From assembly GCA_016789745.1 (NCBI GenBank), contig JAEUQF010000139.1, forward strand, positions 60,520 through 124,519: a stretch of DNA of 64,000 nucleotides. The letters are read 5' to 3'. The notes under the pieces are model-generated. The model did no database searches. It was not told the origin of the DNA and saw nothing but the letters and a program-made list of their open reading frames with translations. The position numbers and the translations under genes are program-made. Within the stretch, counting starts at the first letter, position 1. The number at the start of each line of letters is the position of its first letter. Below, piece by piece: positions 17,477 to 26,567 of the stretch. Source of the stretch: Bryobacterales bacterium (GTDB lineage: Bacteria; Acidobacteriota; Terriglobia; Bryobacterales; Bryobacteraceae).

Positions 17477-20101
17477 CTACGGCAGCGTCACCGGCGTCAG
17501 GTTCACCCAGCCGCTCGCGATCCCGCCCTGTGGCGTTACATTGGCCAACAGCGCCACCAGGCCGTGATAGTCCATTGGCAGGGCGAGCACCAGCGTCAGG
17601 TAATCCCCGAACGCGAAGGCGCCGGAGCGGCTCATGTCCAGCAAAGGACAGGCCGCATCGCTACGCAAGCCCGTTGCCCGCTCATAGGTCAACGCGCAGG
17701 TTCCCACCTGGAACTGTGCCCGCTCCACAGGCGCCAGTGCCTGCAGCACGACACGTGCAACATGATCTCCGCCGGCCAGCGCCGACCGGCCCAAGGCGTT
17801 CTGGATGACATAGTAGCCTAGCATCGCCTCCGCGCCACCACCATCGTCACGTCGCATCTCCAGCATCGCCACGTAGCTGCTGGATGCCATCATCACTTCC
17901 CGGAACAGCATACGCACATCCAACACCCAACTCGATCGCGTCGCATCCATCCGCCGGATTCCGCTCTGCTCCGCATCTATCACGCACAGGCTATTTTCCA
18001 GTATCGCCTTCTCACCCAACGCCGCCACCCGCGATCCGCCAACCAGCGCCACCGTCCGCGCTCTCAAGTCCACCCGCGCGGCACATTCGCCTAAGACGCC
18101 GGGAGCGCGGAAACGCAGTATGGCCGACGTAACGGATGCCGCCCCCGAATGACTGACCCGGAAGGTCCCGCCAATGCCCCTCGTCTCGTCCACCCACCAG
18201 CGGCTCCCCTCCGGGAGCACCTCCGGCACCGGCAGTGGCTTCGCCTCCGGACGGTTGAACCTGTTGTCCCGATGCCCCTGGAACACATCCATATGCCGCC
18301 CGTCCGCGACCACTGGCATGTAGCCCTGCTCCTCTACCGTCATATCAAGCGCCAGCGTCCGATGCCCCGCCGCGACAAACGTCCGCGCATCATGCAGCGT
18401 GCACGTCCCACTCACCTCAAACGGCCGGAAGCCCAGCCTATATTGGATTCGGCAATTGCGCCCGATCTCCAGTACAGCCCCCTCCAACGGTGCCCCTGCA
18501 CTCTCCAAATAGGTGAAATGGATGTTCGACCGCCGCCCGTTCGGCGAACTCGGCTCCAGCACAAACGGCGCACCGGCCGCCGCGCCCTCTTGCGTCACCG
18601 TGTACACAGCTCCATTCAACCGAATCGTTCCACTCCGCGCGGCACCGGTCAGGTTCTGCGCAAACGCAATCATCCGTGGCGTCGCCACGCGAATCCACGG
18701 AACATCGCTCTGCATCTCCCCACATTCGGGCGGCGAATTCTCCCACTCCACCAACGCCCGACCAGGGCCCGGCCCTAATCGCGATGGAATCACCGGCGCT
18801 GCATAACGGCACGCCTGCGCCTCCTGCAGGATGCTGAAGCTTCTACCCCCAATCGCCATTCGCAGCCGGTTCACACGCGTGGTATTGCTCGGCGCCACGG
18901 TAATCCGCACCGTCGCCGGACCCACACCGCTCGCCGGTTCCACCCGCAGCTCGGTCGAAGACACCTCCGCCTGCCACGCACAACCCTCCGATGTCGACAA
19001 CGGCACCCACACCTCACCGCCCGCCGCCCCCATCGGCACGGTCTGGCCCGGCAGCCGGAACTCGCACACATCGCCCCCCTGCCGTATGACGACAACCTTC
19101 CCCGCCACCACCAACCGGATTACTCGCGCTGTTGCCGATGCCCCAATCTCCCACTCCACCTCACCGCGCCCGCTCCGGCGTATGCCGCCCTGCGCTTGCC
19201 AGTTGCAGCCTTCCTCCGCCTCCACCTGCATCCTGACGAAGCCTCCCCCCGCCGGCACATCCGCGGTCATGGGTGACAACTGCGTCTCACAAGCCTCCGC
19301 CACAAACCGCACTCCCCCCGCGTCCTGCCCCGCGACGTACTGCCCGTTCAAACTTAACGCCGTAAATGCCGGCCCCGGAAACGCCCCCGAAAGCGAGTAA
19401 ACCGTGTTGCCGTCATCGTCGAGAATTGCCGTCTGGAAAGTTGAGTTGGCCAGTCCTAGTCGCGTCGTGTAAAGCGACAGCCCGTTGTTGCTGAGCGGCC
19501 CATTGATCACACCCGGAAGGGACGACTGCGGCCCGATCTCCCCAAAGAAAATCCCGCGCATTCGGAAGAGCCCATACCGCGCAGTTCCCCAGTTGAACGT
19601 GCCCACCACATCGCCGTCATCGTTGATCCCCCAAGCCGCCACCGGCCGATTGGAGATCGTAGGATGCTGTTCCGGCACCGATACCTGCAATCGCCGCACC
19701 GACCCATCTACGTCCCACACCAGCGCTTCCCCATTGGCAATCCCAGCCACCTGCCCGAGATTATTGAGCCCGCCTCCGCTCACGGCTGGCGCGTCCGGCA
19801 CCTCACGGGCCTCCAGTCTCCCGTCCGGGTGCCGCAAGAACAGCCGGTTATCTCGCATCACCAGCGTCTGCCCGCGGCTATTCAGCCCCCGCACGACCCC
19901 CGCAACACCCAGCGCCGTCATCTCACCAACCGGCGATATCGACACCGCGCCCAACTGCGGATGGTTCCCCACCATCTCGCCACGGTCATTGATACCCGTG
20001 ATCGACACGCCCGCCAATCCAGACATCTCGCGGAATCGCAATCCGCCAAACTGTGCTGACACTGGGATGACCAGCAGAACGAAAAGGAGACAGCGGACCA
20101 T
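17477..20101 (-). CDS. large secreted protein with HAF-type extracellular repeats and Ig/BACON-like modules
   Basis: Signal peptide MVRCLLFVLLVIPVSAQ. HAF-like repeats are GINDRGEMVG, GLNSRGQTLV, GLNNLGQVAG and GINDDGDVVG. Modules of the form EEGCNWQAQG and SEGCAWQAEVSS follow. Confidence 0.8.
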   Translation of the reverse strand: MVRCLLFVLLVIPVSAQFGGLRFREMSGLAGVSITGINDRGEMVGNHPQLGAVSISPVGEMTALGVAGVVRGLNSRGQTLVMRDNRLFLRHPDGRLEAREVPDAPAVSGGGLNNLGQVAGIANGEALVWDVDGSVRRLQVSVPEQHPTISNRPVAAWGINDDGDVVGTFNWGTARYGLFRMRGIFFGEIGPQSSLPGVINGPLSNNGLSLYTTRLGLANSTFQTAILDDDGNTVYSLSGAFPGPAFTALSLNGQYVAGQDAGGVRFVAEACETQLSPMTADVPAGGGFVRMQVEAEEGCNWQAQGGIRRSGRGEVEWEIGASATARVIRLVVAGKVVVIRQGGDVCEFRLPGQTVPMGAAGGEVWVPLSTSEGCAWQAEVSSTELRVEPASGVGPATVRITVAPSNTTRVNRLRMAIGGRSFSILQEAQACRYAAPVIPSRLGPGPGRALVEWENSPPECGEMQSDVPWIRVATPRMIAFAQNLTGAARSGTIRLNGAVYTVTQEGAAAGAPFVLEPSSPNGRRSNIHFTYLESAGAPLEGAVLEIGRNCRIQYRLGFRPFEVSGTCTLHDARTFVAAGHRTLALDMTVEEQGYMPVVADGRHMDVFQGHRDNRFNRPEAKPLPVPEVLPEGSRWWVDETRGIGGTFRVSHSGAASVTSAILRFRAPGVLGECAARVDLRARTVALVGGSRVAALGEKAILENSLCVIDAEQSGIRRMDATRSSWVLDVRMLFREVMMASSSYVAMLEMRRDDGGGAEAMLGYYVIQNALGRSALAGGDHVARVVLQALAPVERAQFQVGTCALTYERATGLRSDAACPLLDMSRSGAFAFGDYLTLVLALPMDYHGLVALLANVTPQGGIASGWVNLTPVTLP

Positions 20102-20169
20102 GAGGCAACCTCCTATAGTCCGGACGCGGCTGGGCTAAATTTCAGCCTACCACCGCCGAATCCCCGCAA

Positions 20170-20620
20170 CTACGCCGCCTTCGCCGTCCCCATCCGCCCA
20201 AACATCGCCTTCACATCCGTCCCCACAATCGGGTCCGACTTCGGATCCGCATAGAACTTTTTGAAATGCCCCGCGATGCTCAAGTTCACCAGCGCCATCA
20301 CTGACTTGTTCAACCCGCCGCATGCCTGAATCGGATACACCCGCCCCATTCAACGGCATGTCCGCGTTCTTCACATTCAGATTCGCGTCGTATTGATAGA
20401 TCTTGATAATGTCGATCAGCGTCGCGCTGCACACCCCATTGATCACTGGAATCGACCACTTACTCCCCAGCATCGCCTTCTTATCCGCACGTTCGAAGTG
20501 ATGCTTCAGCAGCCACTGCACCAGCATCACGTCATCCATCTGGTTCGGCATCCCATCACCGACCGCCTTGCTGACGTTGTAGAACGTAATCCCCGCACCC
20601 AGGTTATAAATCTCGGCCAT
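20170..20620 (-). pseudogene. small protein with peptidoglycan-binding-like pattern, split by a +1 frameshift in a G-run (or a sequencing error)
   Basis: Frame 1 from ATG 20620 reads MAEIYNLGAG...NQMDDVMLVQWLLKHHF...INGVCSATLIDIIKIYQ...NADMPLNG and then turns into G/D/E-rich junk. A second frame continues plausibly as (G)RVYPIQACGGLNKSVMALVNLSIAGHFKKFYADPKSDPIVGTDVKAMFGRMGTAKAA* with its stop at 20172..20170. The switch is at ggggcggg, about 20341-20348. Confidence 0.5.
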
Positions 20621-20698
20621 TGCTTCTTCTTCCTTAGTTGTTTTTGCCGCTGACAACCGGCTTCACCAAGGCAGGCGCGGAATCATACCCCGGCTCTC

Positions 20699-22006
20699 TC
20701 ACCGCTCTCCATACTCCGCGGCATCCAAGGAAAACCGCACCACCTCCTCATCGTTCCGCACCACCACATGGCGGTTCGCAAACGCCGGATGCGACCAGTT
20801 CACCGCCTGCAACTCCCGCCGCGCCCCCGGCGTCGACATCGGCTTCAACAGCTTCACCCGGCTGATCTCCTCATACCCCTCCGGCCGCAGCCGCGCCACA
20901 ATCAACTCCCCACGATCGTTATAGATGAACACCCGCTCCCCGTTCCGCACCAGCCACGCCGACACATTCCGCGCCCGTTCCACCGTCGCCGCCTGCGTCT
21001 CCCACACCCGCTCGCCCGTCGATCGCCGCAAGCACCGCAACTGCCCGAACGCGCACACCCCATAAACGTAATCGCCGTCAACCAACGGCTGGCTCATCAA
21101 CGCATGCAGCTTGTCGCTGTTCACTTCGCTCTGGCTGTCGCTCGCCCACAGCAACCGTGCCGACCTCCCATCGCTACGCACCTCCATCATCCGAGCCCCA
21201 TCGAAAAACCCGGACACCAGCAAGTGCGGCTCACTCCAGGCCGGCGTCGCAATCGGCGTGTTCATGCGGATCCGGAACGGGTGCGACCACAACACACGCC
21301 CTGTCTCGGGGTCCAGCGAATCTATCGCCGTCGCATGCCACACCACCAACTGCCGGCGCCCGCCTTCAATCAAAACAGGCTGCGAATACCCCGGCTCCGA
21401 GTTCTCAGAAGACAGTGCCCGCCACACCTCTTTGCCCGTGTGCTTATCGAACGCCACCACCTTTGCGTTCCCCGCCCCGCCCACCACCGCAATCAATCGC
21501 CCGCCATCCACAATCGGCGCGCTCGACATCCCCCAAACCGGCACCACCGTCCCAAAATCCCGTACGAACTCCTTCGCCCACACCTCACCGCCATCGGTCA
21601 CCCGCAGACACCGGAGCGCCCCCATCGCCCCCAACACATACACGCGATCGCCATCCACCGTCGGCGTCGCCCGCGGCCCGTTGTGATAGTCCAGCCCCCG
21701 ATAATCCGCAGCCCACTGCCGGCTCCACAGCGTTCGGCCCGTCGCCTCATCCAGCGCCATCACACGCTCGGTTGCCGCCGTCCCCGCGCCCCGTTCATGA
21801 TCCATCACGAACACGCGCCCATTCGCCACCGCCGGACCCGAATAGCCAGCCTTCACCTCGCGCCGCCACTTCACCCGCAACCCACCTTCGGGGAATCGCG
21901 CCAACAAGCCCGTCTCCCGCCACACGCCTTGCCGGCCCACGCCACGCCACTCCGGCCAATCCTCCGCCTGCGCCACCAGCGCCATCATCAGCAGCAGTCG
22001 CATCAT
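20699..22006 (-). CDS. PQQ-like (BamB/YncE-type) beta-propeller repeat protein, secreted
   Basis: Reads MMRLLLMMALVAQAEDWPEWRG...SGPAVANGRVFVMD...ALDEATGRTLWS...TPTVDGDRVYVLG...CLRVTDGGEVW, with the repeated propeller pattern continuing through the protein. Confidence 0.8.
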   Translation of the reverse strand: MMRLLLMMALVAQAEDWPEWRGVGRQGVWRETGLLARFPEGGLRVKWRREVKAGYSGPAVANGRVFVMDHERGAGTAATERVMALDEATGRTLWSRQWAADYRGLDYHNGPRATPTVDGDRVYVLGAMGALRCLRVTDGGEVWAKEFVRDFGTVVPVWGMSSAPIVDGGRLIAVVGGAGNAKVVAFDKHTGKEVWRALSSENSEPGYSQPVLIEGGRRQLVVWHATAIDSLDPETGRVLWSHPFRIRMNTPIATPAWSEPHLLVSGFFDGARMMEVRSDGRSARLLWASDSQSEVNSDKLHALMSQPLVDGDYVYGVCAFGQLRCLRRSTGERVWETQAATVERARNVSAWLVRNGERVFIYNDRGELIVARLRPEGYEEISRVKLLKPMSTPGARRELQAVNWSHPAFANRHVVVRNDEEVVRFSLDAAEYGER

Positions 22007-22046
22007 GCCTTATCAGCTTGTCATGCCGGAGCCACTTCGGAAAACG

Positions 22047-23291
22047 TCACTGCGGGTAAAAGCCACCTCGACGCCAGCTCTTTTTATCAGCCTTGCTGGC
22101 ACCACCGTCCCCCGCATCAGGGTTCGCATTCGGCTGCGGATTGGGGTTGGGGTTCGGGTTCGGCACTGCATTCACCGTCGGATTCCCGCCCGGTCCTCCG
22201 GCGCCATTGACGCCCATCCCCGCCACCGCCGTCGCCGTCAGCATCATCCCCGCCCGATTCGCCTTGCGCCCCGTCGGAGCCGCATTGTTCGCCCCATTGC
22301 CGAACTTCGCCTGCAAAGACTGTAGATGTGCCTGCCGCCGGGCCTGCTCCTGCCGGTCCCGTTCGTCCTGCTTCGCCTTCGCGCTCTCCCACACCGGCCA
22401 ATGCACCGGCGGCACCGGACCCCTCTGCGCCCCGGCATTGTCCACTACCCATTGCTGGCAATCGGTGCGGTCCGGAGCCGACTTCCGTTCCACAAACGTC
22501 AGCTTCGACGACGTGATATTGCCAACCACGTTGCCATAGTTTGACAGATGGGTTGTCATCCAAGTCTTGAACTTCGCCGGGTCGGTGAAGATCACCTCCC
22601 CAAGGTTCGGATCGAAGTACTGCACCCCCACCCCCGGCATGTTGTAGAGCGCCATCGCATGCCCGCCGCCGGCACCTTCAATCCCGAACAGATAGTAGCC
22701 GGTACCCTCCGTCAGCTTGTTCACCAGTTCCTCCGGCTTCACATCGCTCAACGCCGGAGCATTCAGACTCGTGTTGTCCTTGATATACTTCGACGCCCAA
22801 TTGTCCTTCAGATCCGCCGCCGCCTTCTCCGCCATGGCCAGGTGCACCGGCGCCTGCTGGCCCAACATCGTCTTTACCTTCGCTTCCATCAACGCCATGT
22901 TGGTTTTGCCGCGGTCGAAGTTGCCCACCTTGTCCGCCGTCCCCAGCGCCGACGCCACCATCTTGTTCGCCGCCGCTTCGTTGTGCTGCAGGATGCGCAG
23001 CGTTTCCCGCACGCCGGGCGAGTGCAGCGTCTCCCAGTAATCCTCCCCGTTCACAGAGGTCGAAATCCAGCGCGCGCACATCGCCTTGCAGACGCCACCC
23101 TTCACCGACGCATCATCCAACGCACCCACCAGTTCGGAAACCAGCGCGTTCTGCGACTCGTTCCGGACAATCTCCCCACCGCTCTCTTCCACCGTGTCAA
23201 ATGTAGGATCTGGCACTTTTCCTCTCGATTCCTGAACTAGCGATCTTGCATTGTCCACCGGCGCGCTTGCTTCCGCAACATTCTTGGACAC
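22047..23291 (-). CDS. YopT/AvrPphB-like (peptidase C58) papain-fold cysteine protease with Asn/Pro-rich C-terminal tail
   Basis: Only the C-terminal part of ORF 22047..24050 is credible, because upstream of about 23291 it is antisense to the sulfatase gene. Candidate triad: GGVCKAMCARWI (Cys), GGGHAMALY (His), YFDPNLGEV (Asp), with Asp 16 residues after His. The tail reads ...NPNPNPNPQPNANPDAG. The start is uncertain: GTG 23291, or GTG 23216 preceded by GAGAGGA. Confidence 0.6.
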   Translation of the reverse strand: MSKNVAEASAPVDNARSLVQESRGKVPDPTFDTVEESGGEIVRNESQNALVSELVGALDDASVKGGVCKAMCARWISTSVNGEDYWETLHSPGVRETLRILQHNEAAANKMVASALGTADKVGNFDRGKTNMALMEAKVKTMLGQQAPVHLAMAEKAAADLKDNWASKYIKDNTSLNAPALSDVKPEELVNKLTEGTGYYLFGIEGAGGGHAMALYNMPGVGVQYFDPNLGEVIFTDPAKFKTWMTTHLSNYGNVVGNITSSKLTFVERKSAPDRTDCQQWVVDNAGAQRGPVPPVHWPVWESAKAKQDERDRQEQARRQAHLQSLQAKFGNGANNAAPTGRKANRAGMMLTATAVAGMGVNGAGGPGGNPTVNAVPNPNPNPNPQPNANPDAGDGGASKADKKSWRRGGFYPQ

Positions 23292-23327
23292 AATTGTCCG
23301 GAATATCTGCGCTAGCCTATTCCCTGC

Positions 23328-24821
23328 ATGGACCGCCGCCAGTTCCTCAGCTCCGCCGCAGCCCTCCCCCTCGCCGCCCAACCCAACGCCTCCGCCAAAC
23401 CCAACGTCCTGCTCATCCTCATGGACGACATGGCCTCCCGCACCCTCAGTTGCTACGGCAACCCGCACGTCGAAACCCCGCACCTCGACCAACTGGCGCG
23501 CGAAGGCATGCGCTTCACCCAGGCCTACGTCACCCCGCAATGCACGCCCACCCGCGCCACGCTGCTCACCGGCCAATACACCGCCCGAAACAAGATGTGG
23601 CATGTCATTCCCTGGTACGGCGCGCCCTGGGGCCGCGTCGCCGAGCCCGCCTACGCCGAACAACTCCCCCGTTCCACTTGCACCCTCGCCAAGGGCATGC
23701 GGACCGCCGGCTACCGCACCGCCTGCTTCGGCAAATGGCACCTCAGCACCAACGCCGATGGCGGCTATCCCTCCCTCAAGCCCGAAGCCGCGCCCGCCTT
23801 TGGCTTCGACGAAGGCCTCGCCCAGATGCCCAAAGACATCATGGCTCACGACCGCGGCGTCGACATGCTCAGCGACAAAGCCGTCGACTTCATCGAACGC
23901 TACAAAGACCGCCCCTGGTTCTGCTATCTCTCCCATCACGCCATCCACCGCGTGCTCGCCGCGCCGCCCACCCTCGTCGCCAAGTACAAAGCCAAAGGCT
24001 TCCCCGATAAGGGCCTCAACAACGCCACGCTGCTCGCTTCCATGGAGCATCTGGACACCGGCATCGGCCGCGTCCTCAAATGCCTGGACGACCTCAACCT
24101 ACGCCAGAACACCGTCGTCATCTTCCTCACCGACAACGGCGGTATCTACGAAAGCTACAACCCCAAGCCCGTCCGCGCCGCCAAGGGCGAATGGCACATC
24201 CAGCCCGCCGACTCCGAGTTCGAAAGCACGCCCCTCCGCGCAGGCAAAGGCTTCGCCTACGAAGGCGGCATCCGCGTGCCCCTGATCGTCCGCTGGCCCG
24301 GCAAGGTCAAGGCAGGCACCGTAGAACACACGCCCGTGCATGCGGTGGATCTGCTGCCGACTCTCCTCGACATCGCCGGCGCCAAGGCCCCCGCCAGCCA
24401 TACCGTCGACGGCGTCAGCCTCACACGCCTCTGGCAGGGCCGCGCCAAACTCCCTTCCCGAGCCTTCTTCTGGTACATGCCCCTCTACGACCTCCGCTGG
24501 CTCGGCACCCCCTGCGCCGTCATCCGCGATGGCGACTACAAGCTCATCGAATCCTTTGGCGACTACGTCGACACGCAACCCAACCAGCCCGCCGTCTACC
24601 GCACCGGCCAACGCCTGGAGCTATACAACCTCAAGGAGGACATCGGCGAAACCCGCAACCTCGCCGCCTCGCAACCCCAACGGGCCCAAGCCATGCAACG
24701 CCGCCTCCACGCCTGGATCGAATCCTGCGGCTCCCCCGTGCCCGGCCTCAACACCCACTACGACGAATCACGCCCACTCGAAGAGACCCGCGTCAAACCC
24801 GACTGGCTCCGAGGCGCCTAG
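23328..24821 (+). CDS. arylsulfatase (formylglycine-dependent sulfatase family)
   Basis: Reads NVLLILMDDM...PQCTPTRATLLTGQY, which contains the C-x-P-x-R motif. The N-terminus MDRRQFLSSAAALPLAA is Tat- or signal-like. Confidence 0.9.
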   Translation: MDRRQFLSSAAALPLAAQPNASAKPNVLLILMDDMASRTLSCYGNPHVETPHLDQLAREGMRFTQAYVTPQCTPTRATLLTGQYTARNKMWHVIPWYGAPWGRVAEPAYAEQLPRSTCTLAKGMRTAGYRTACFGKWHLSTNADGGYPSLKPEAAPAFGFDEGLAQMPKDIMAHDRGVDMLSDKAVDFIERYKDRPWFCYLSHHAIHRVLAAPPTLVAKYKAKGFPDKGLNNATLLASMEHLDTGIGRVLKCLDDLNLRQNTVVIFLTDNGGIYESYNPKPVRAAKGEWHIQPADSEFESTPLRAGKGFAYEGGIRVPLIVRWPGKVKAGTVEHTPVHAVDLLPTLLDIAGAKAPASHTVDGVSLTRLWQGRAKLPSRAFFWYMPLYDLRWLGTPCAVIRDGDYKLIESFGDYVDTQPNQPAVYRTGQRLELYNLKEDIGETRNLAASQPQRAQAMQRRLHAWIESCGSPVPGLNTHYDESRPLEETRVKPDWLRGA

Positions 24822-24872
24822 CCAGGACGCGCTCTCACATTGTGGGAAGATGTATACAGGCGAGCACACATC

Positions 24873-25130
24873 ATGACCGAAACCCTCTCCATCCGCCTCG
24901 ATTCCGACACCAAGAAACGCCTCGACGCGCTGTCGAAGCGCTCAAAACGCTCGAAGTCGTTTCTAGCAGCAGAAGCCATCACCGCGTACGTGGCGTCGGA
25001 AGAGTGGCAGCTTGGAGAGGTTCACAGCGGGATCAGCGATCTGGAGTCGGGGAACTCCGTTTCCCACGAGAAGGTGTCGAAGTGGCTGAACTCTTGGGGT
25101 AAGCAGGGCGAGTCCAAGGCTCCTCGATGA
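24873..25130 (+). CDS. ribbon-helix-helix (CopG/ParD-type) antitoxin
   Basis: Reads MTETLSIRLDSDTKKRLDALSKRSKRSKSFLAAEAITAYV. The stop overlaps the start of the next gene (ATGA). Confidence 0.8.
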   Translation: MTETLSIRLDSDTKKRLDALSKRSKRSKSFLAAEAITAYVASEEWQLGEVHSGISDLESGNSVSHEKVSKWLNSWGKQGESKAPR

Positions 25131-25411
25131 AAGTAATCTGGTCGCGCAGAGCCGTTCAGCATCTCGTTGAACTGCGCGAACACATCGAGGAGGACTCCGA
25201 ACCAGTTGCGTCGAGGGTCGCACAGCGGATTCTCGATGCCGTCGAACTGCTTCGATCACAACCCGAGATCGGCCGGCCTGGTAGAGTCGTCGGCACGCGG
25301 GAATTGGTGATTCCGCATACGCCGTACATCATCCCCTATCGCGTTCGGCAGGGCCACTTGGAACTCATCGCCGTTTTTCATGGGCGCCAGAAGTGGCCCA
25401 GGAAGCTCTGA
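25127..25411 (+). CDS. ParE/RelE-family type II toxin
   Basis: Reads MKVIWSRRAVQHLVELREHIEEDS...GRPGRVVGTRELVIPHTPYIIPYRVRQGHLELIAVFHGRQKWP. Confidence 0.85.
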   Translation: MKVIWSRRAVQHLVELREHIEEDSEPVASRVAQRILDAVELLRSQPEIGRPGRVVGTRELVIPHTPYIIPYRVRQGHLELIAVFHGRQKWPRKL

Positions 25412-25412
25412 T

Positions 25413-25949
25413 CTACACGGAGACTAGCCTGAACAACGCGAATAGATTGCAGTCGGCGTGCTGGCTGTCCGGATACCGCTCCCGCAACTCCCGCTGCACC
25501 GTGCGCGCCCGCTCGAAATCCATCAACAGCCCATGCCGTGACAACTCGCTATTCGCAAACACATCCGGATATCCACCACAGTTCGTCAAAGCGCTGATCG
25601 ACCCTTCCCGCTCGATCAGGTCGTATCCCAGAAACTCGAAGTCCCCGCACTGAGGCGCCTGCGGCGGTTCCTCCGGATTGAAGAACACGCAAAGCACGTT
25701 CTTGTGCGCAATCCCGCCCAACTGCGCCATCAGGAACTCAAAGTCCGTGAAGTACTCCAGCAGGAAGTCTTCGTTCACGATAAACGGCCAGTACTCGTCC
25801 TTGATCTCCTCCAACACCGTAGGACAAAGCAGCCCATCCAGAGACACCAACTCCTCAAGCTGCGTCAGTCCGGACCAGGCTACGTACGAATCCCAAGTGT
25901 CCCCGTCCCAAGGCCCAAACCGCTCCGTCGCAATAAACCAGGGCGTCAC
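25413..25949 (-). CDS. hypothetical protein, lower-GC; possible immunity-type protein
   Basis: 178-aa ORF with a GTG start 3 nt after the ankyrin gene's stop. Acidic and aromatic-rich, with the motif FEFLGYDLIEREGSISALTNCGGYPDVF. No family named. Confidence 0.6.
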   Translation of the reverse strand: MTPWFIATERFGPWDGDTWDSYVAWSGLTQLEELVSLDGLLCPTVLEEIKDEYWPFIVNEDFLLEYFTDFEFLMAQLGGIAHKNVLCVFFNPEEPPQAPQCGDFEFLGYDLIEREGSISALTNCGGYPDVFANSELSRHGLLMDFERARTVQRELRERYPDSQHADCNLFALFRLVSV

Positions 25950-25952
25950 CCA

Positions 25953-26564
25953 TCACCCCAACAACGCCGCGATATCCTCATGCCCCAACTCCAGCGCCCA
26001 ACCCTGCGCCGTGGCCTGGAACTGCGTATCCTCCAACGTCCGGTCCGCGCCTCGCGCCACCAGAAACTCCACCGTCTCCCGATGCCCGTTCGCCGCCGCC
26101 CAATGTAATCCGGTCGCTCCGAAGAACCCGCGGTGATTGATGTCCGCCCCGCGCCCCAATAGCGCCTCGGCCACATCCACATGCCCGTTCCGACAGGCAA
26201 TGTACAGCCCCCGCCCCAACTCCAGCCCATCCCCCGCAAACCCCGCCACCCGCTCGCCCATCCCCAACCCCGCGGCACTGTACAGCCGTAACTCCGCACC
26301 CCGATCCAGCAACACCTGCGCCGCCGCCTGGCTGTTCATCGTCGCCGCCCAATCCAGCGGCGTCATGCCCCAATCCGTCAGCGGCTCCAACCCCGCACCC
26401 GCCCCCAACAGCAGATGCACAATCATCGGATGATTAAACTCCGCCGCAATGTGCAGCGGAGTCTTGTCATGTTCCATCGGCAAGGCGGCCAGGGAAGGAT
26501 CCGCCGCCAGCAGTTGGTGCACCGCCAGCAGATCCCCTTCCTGGCACGCCTCGTGAATCGTCAT
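25953..26564 (-). CDS. ankyrin-repeat protein
   Basis: Repeated ..TPLH.AA..GH...V..LL..GA... units: KTPLHIAAEFNHPMIVHLLLGAGAG, MTPLDWAA, ACRNGHVDVAEALLGRGADIN and GLHWAAANGHRETVEFLVARGAD. Confidence 0.85.
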   Translation of the reverse strand: MTIHEACQEGDLLAVHQLLAADPSLAALPMEHDKTPLHIAAEFNHPMIVHLLLGAGAGLEPLTDWGMTPLDWAATMNSQAAAQVLLDRGAELRLYSAAGLGMGERVAGFAGDGLELGRGLYIACRNGHVDVAEALLGRGADINHRGFFGATGLHWAAANGHRETVEFLVARGADRTLEDTQFQATAQGWALELGHEDIAALLG

Positions 26565-26567
26565 CGC

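Noticed and set aside
20768-22210. 480-aa plus-strand ORF (and 21157..22059)
   Set aside because: It is a Pro/Arg/His-rich antisense shadow of the beta-propeller gene.
23292-24050. N-terminal ~250 aa of ORF 22047..24050
   Set aside because: It is antisense to the sulfatase gene and is Gly/Ala/Glu-rich. The real protease gene must start at or before about 23291.
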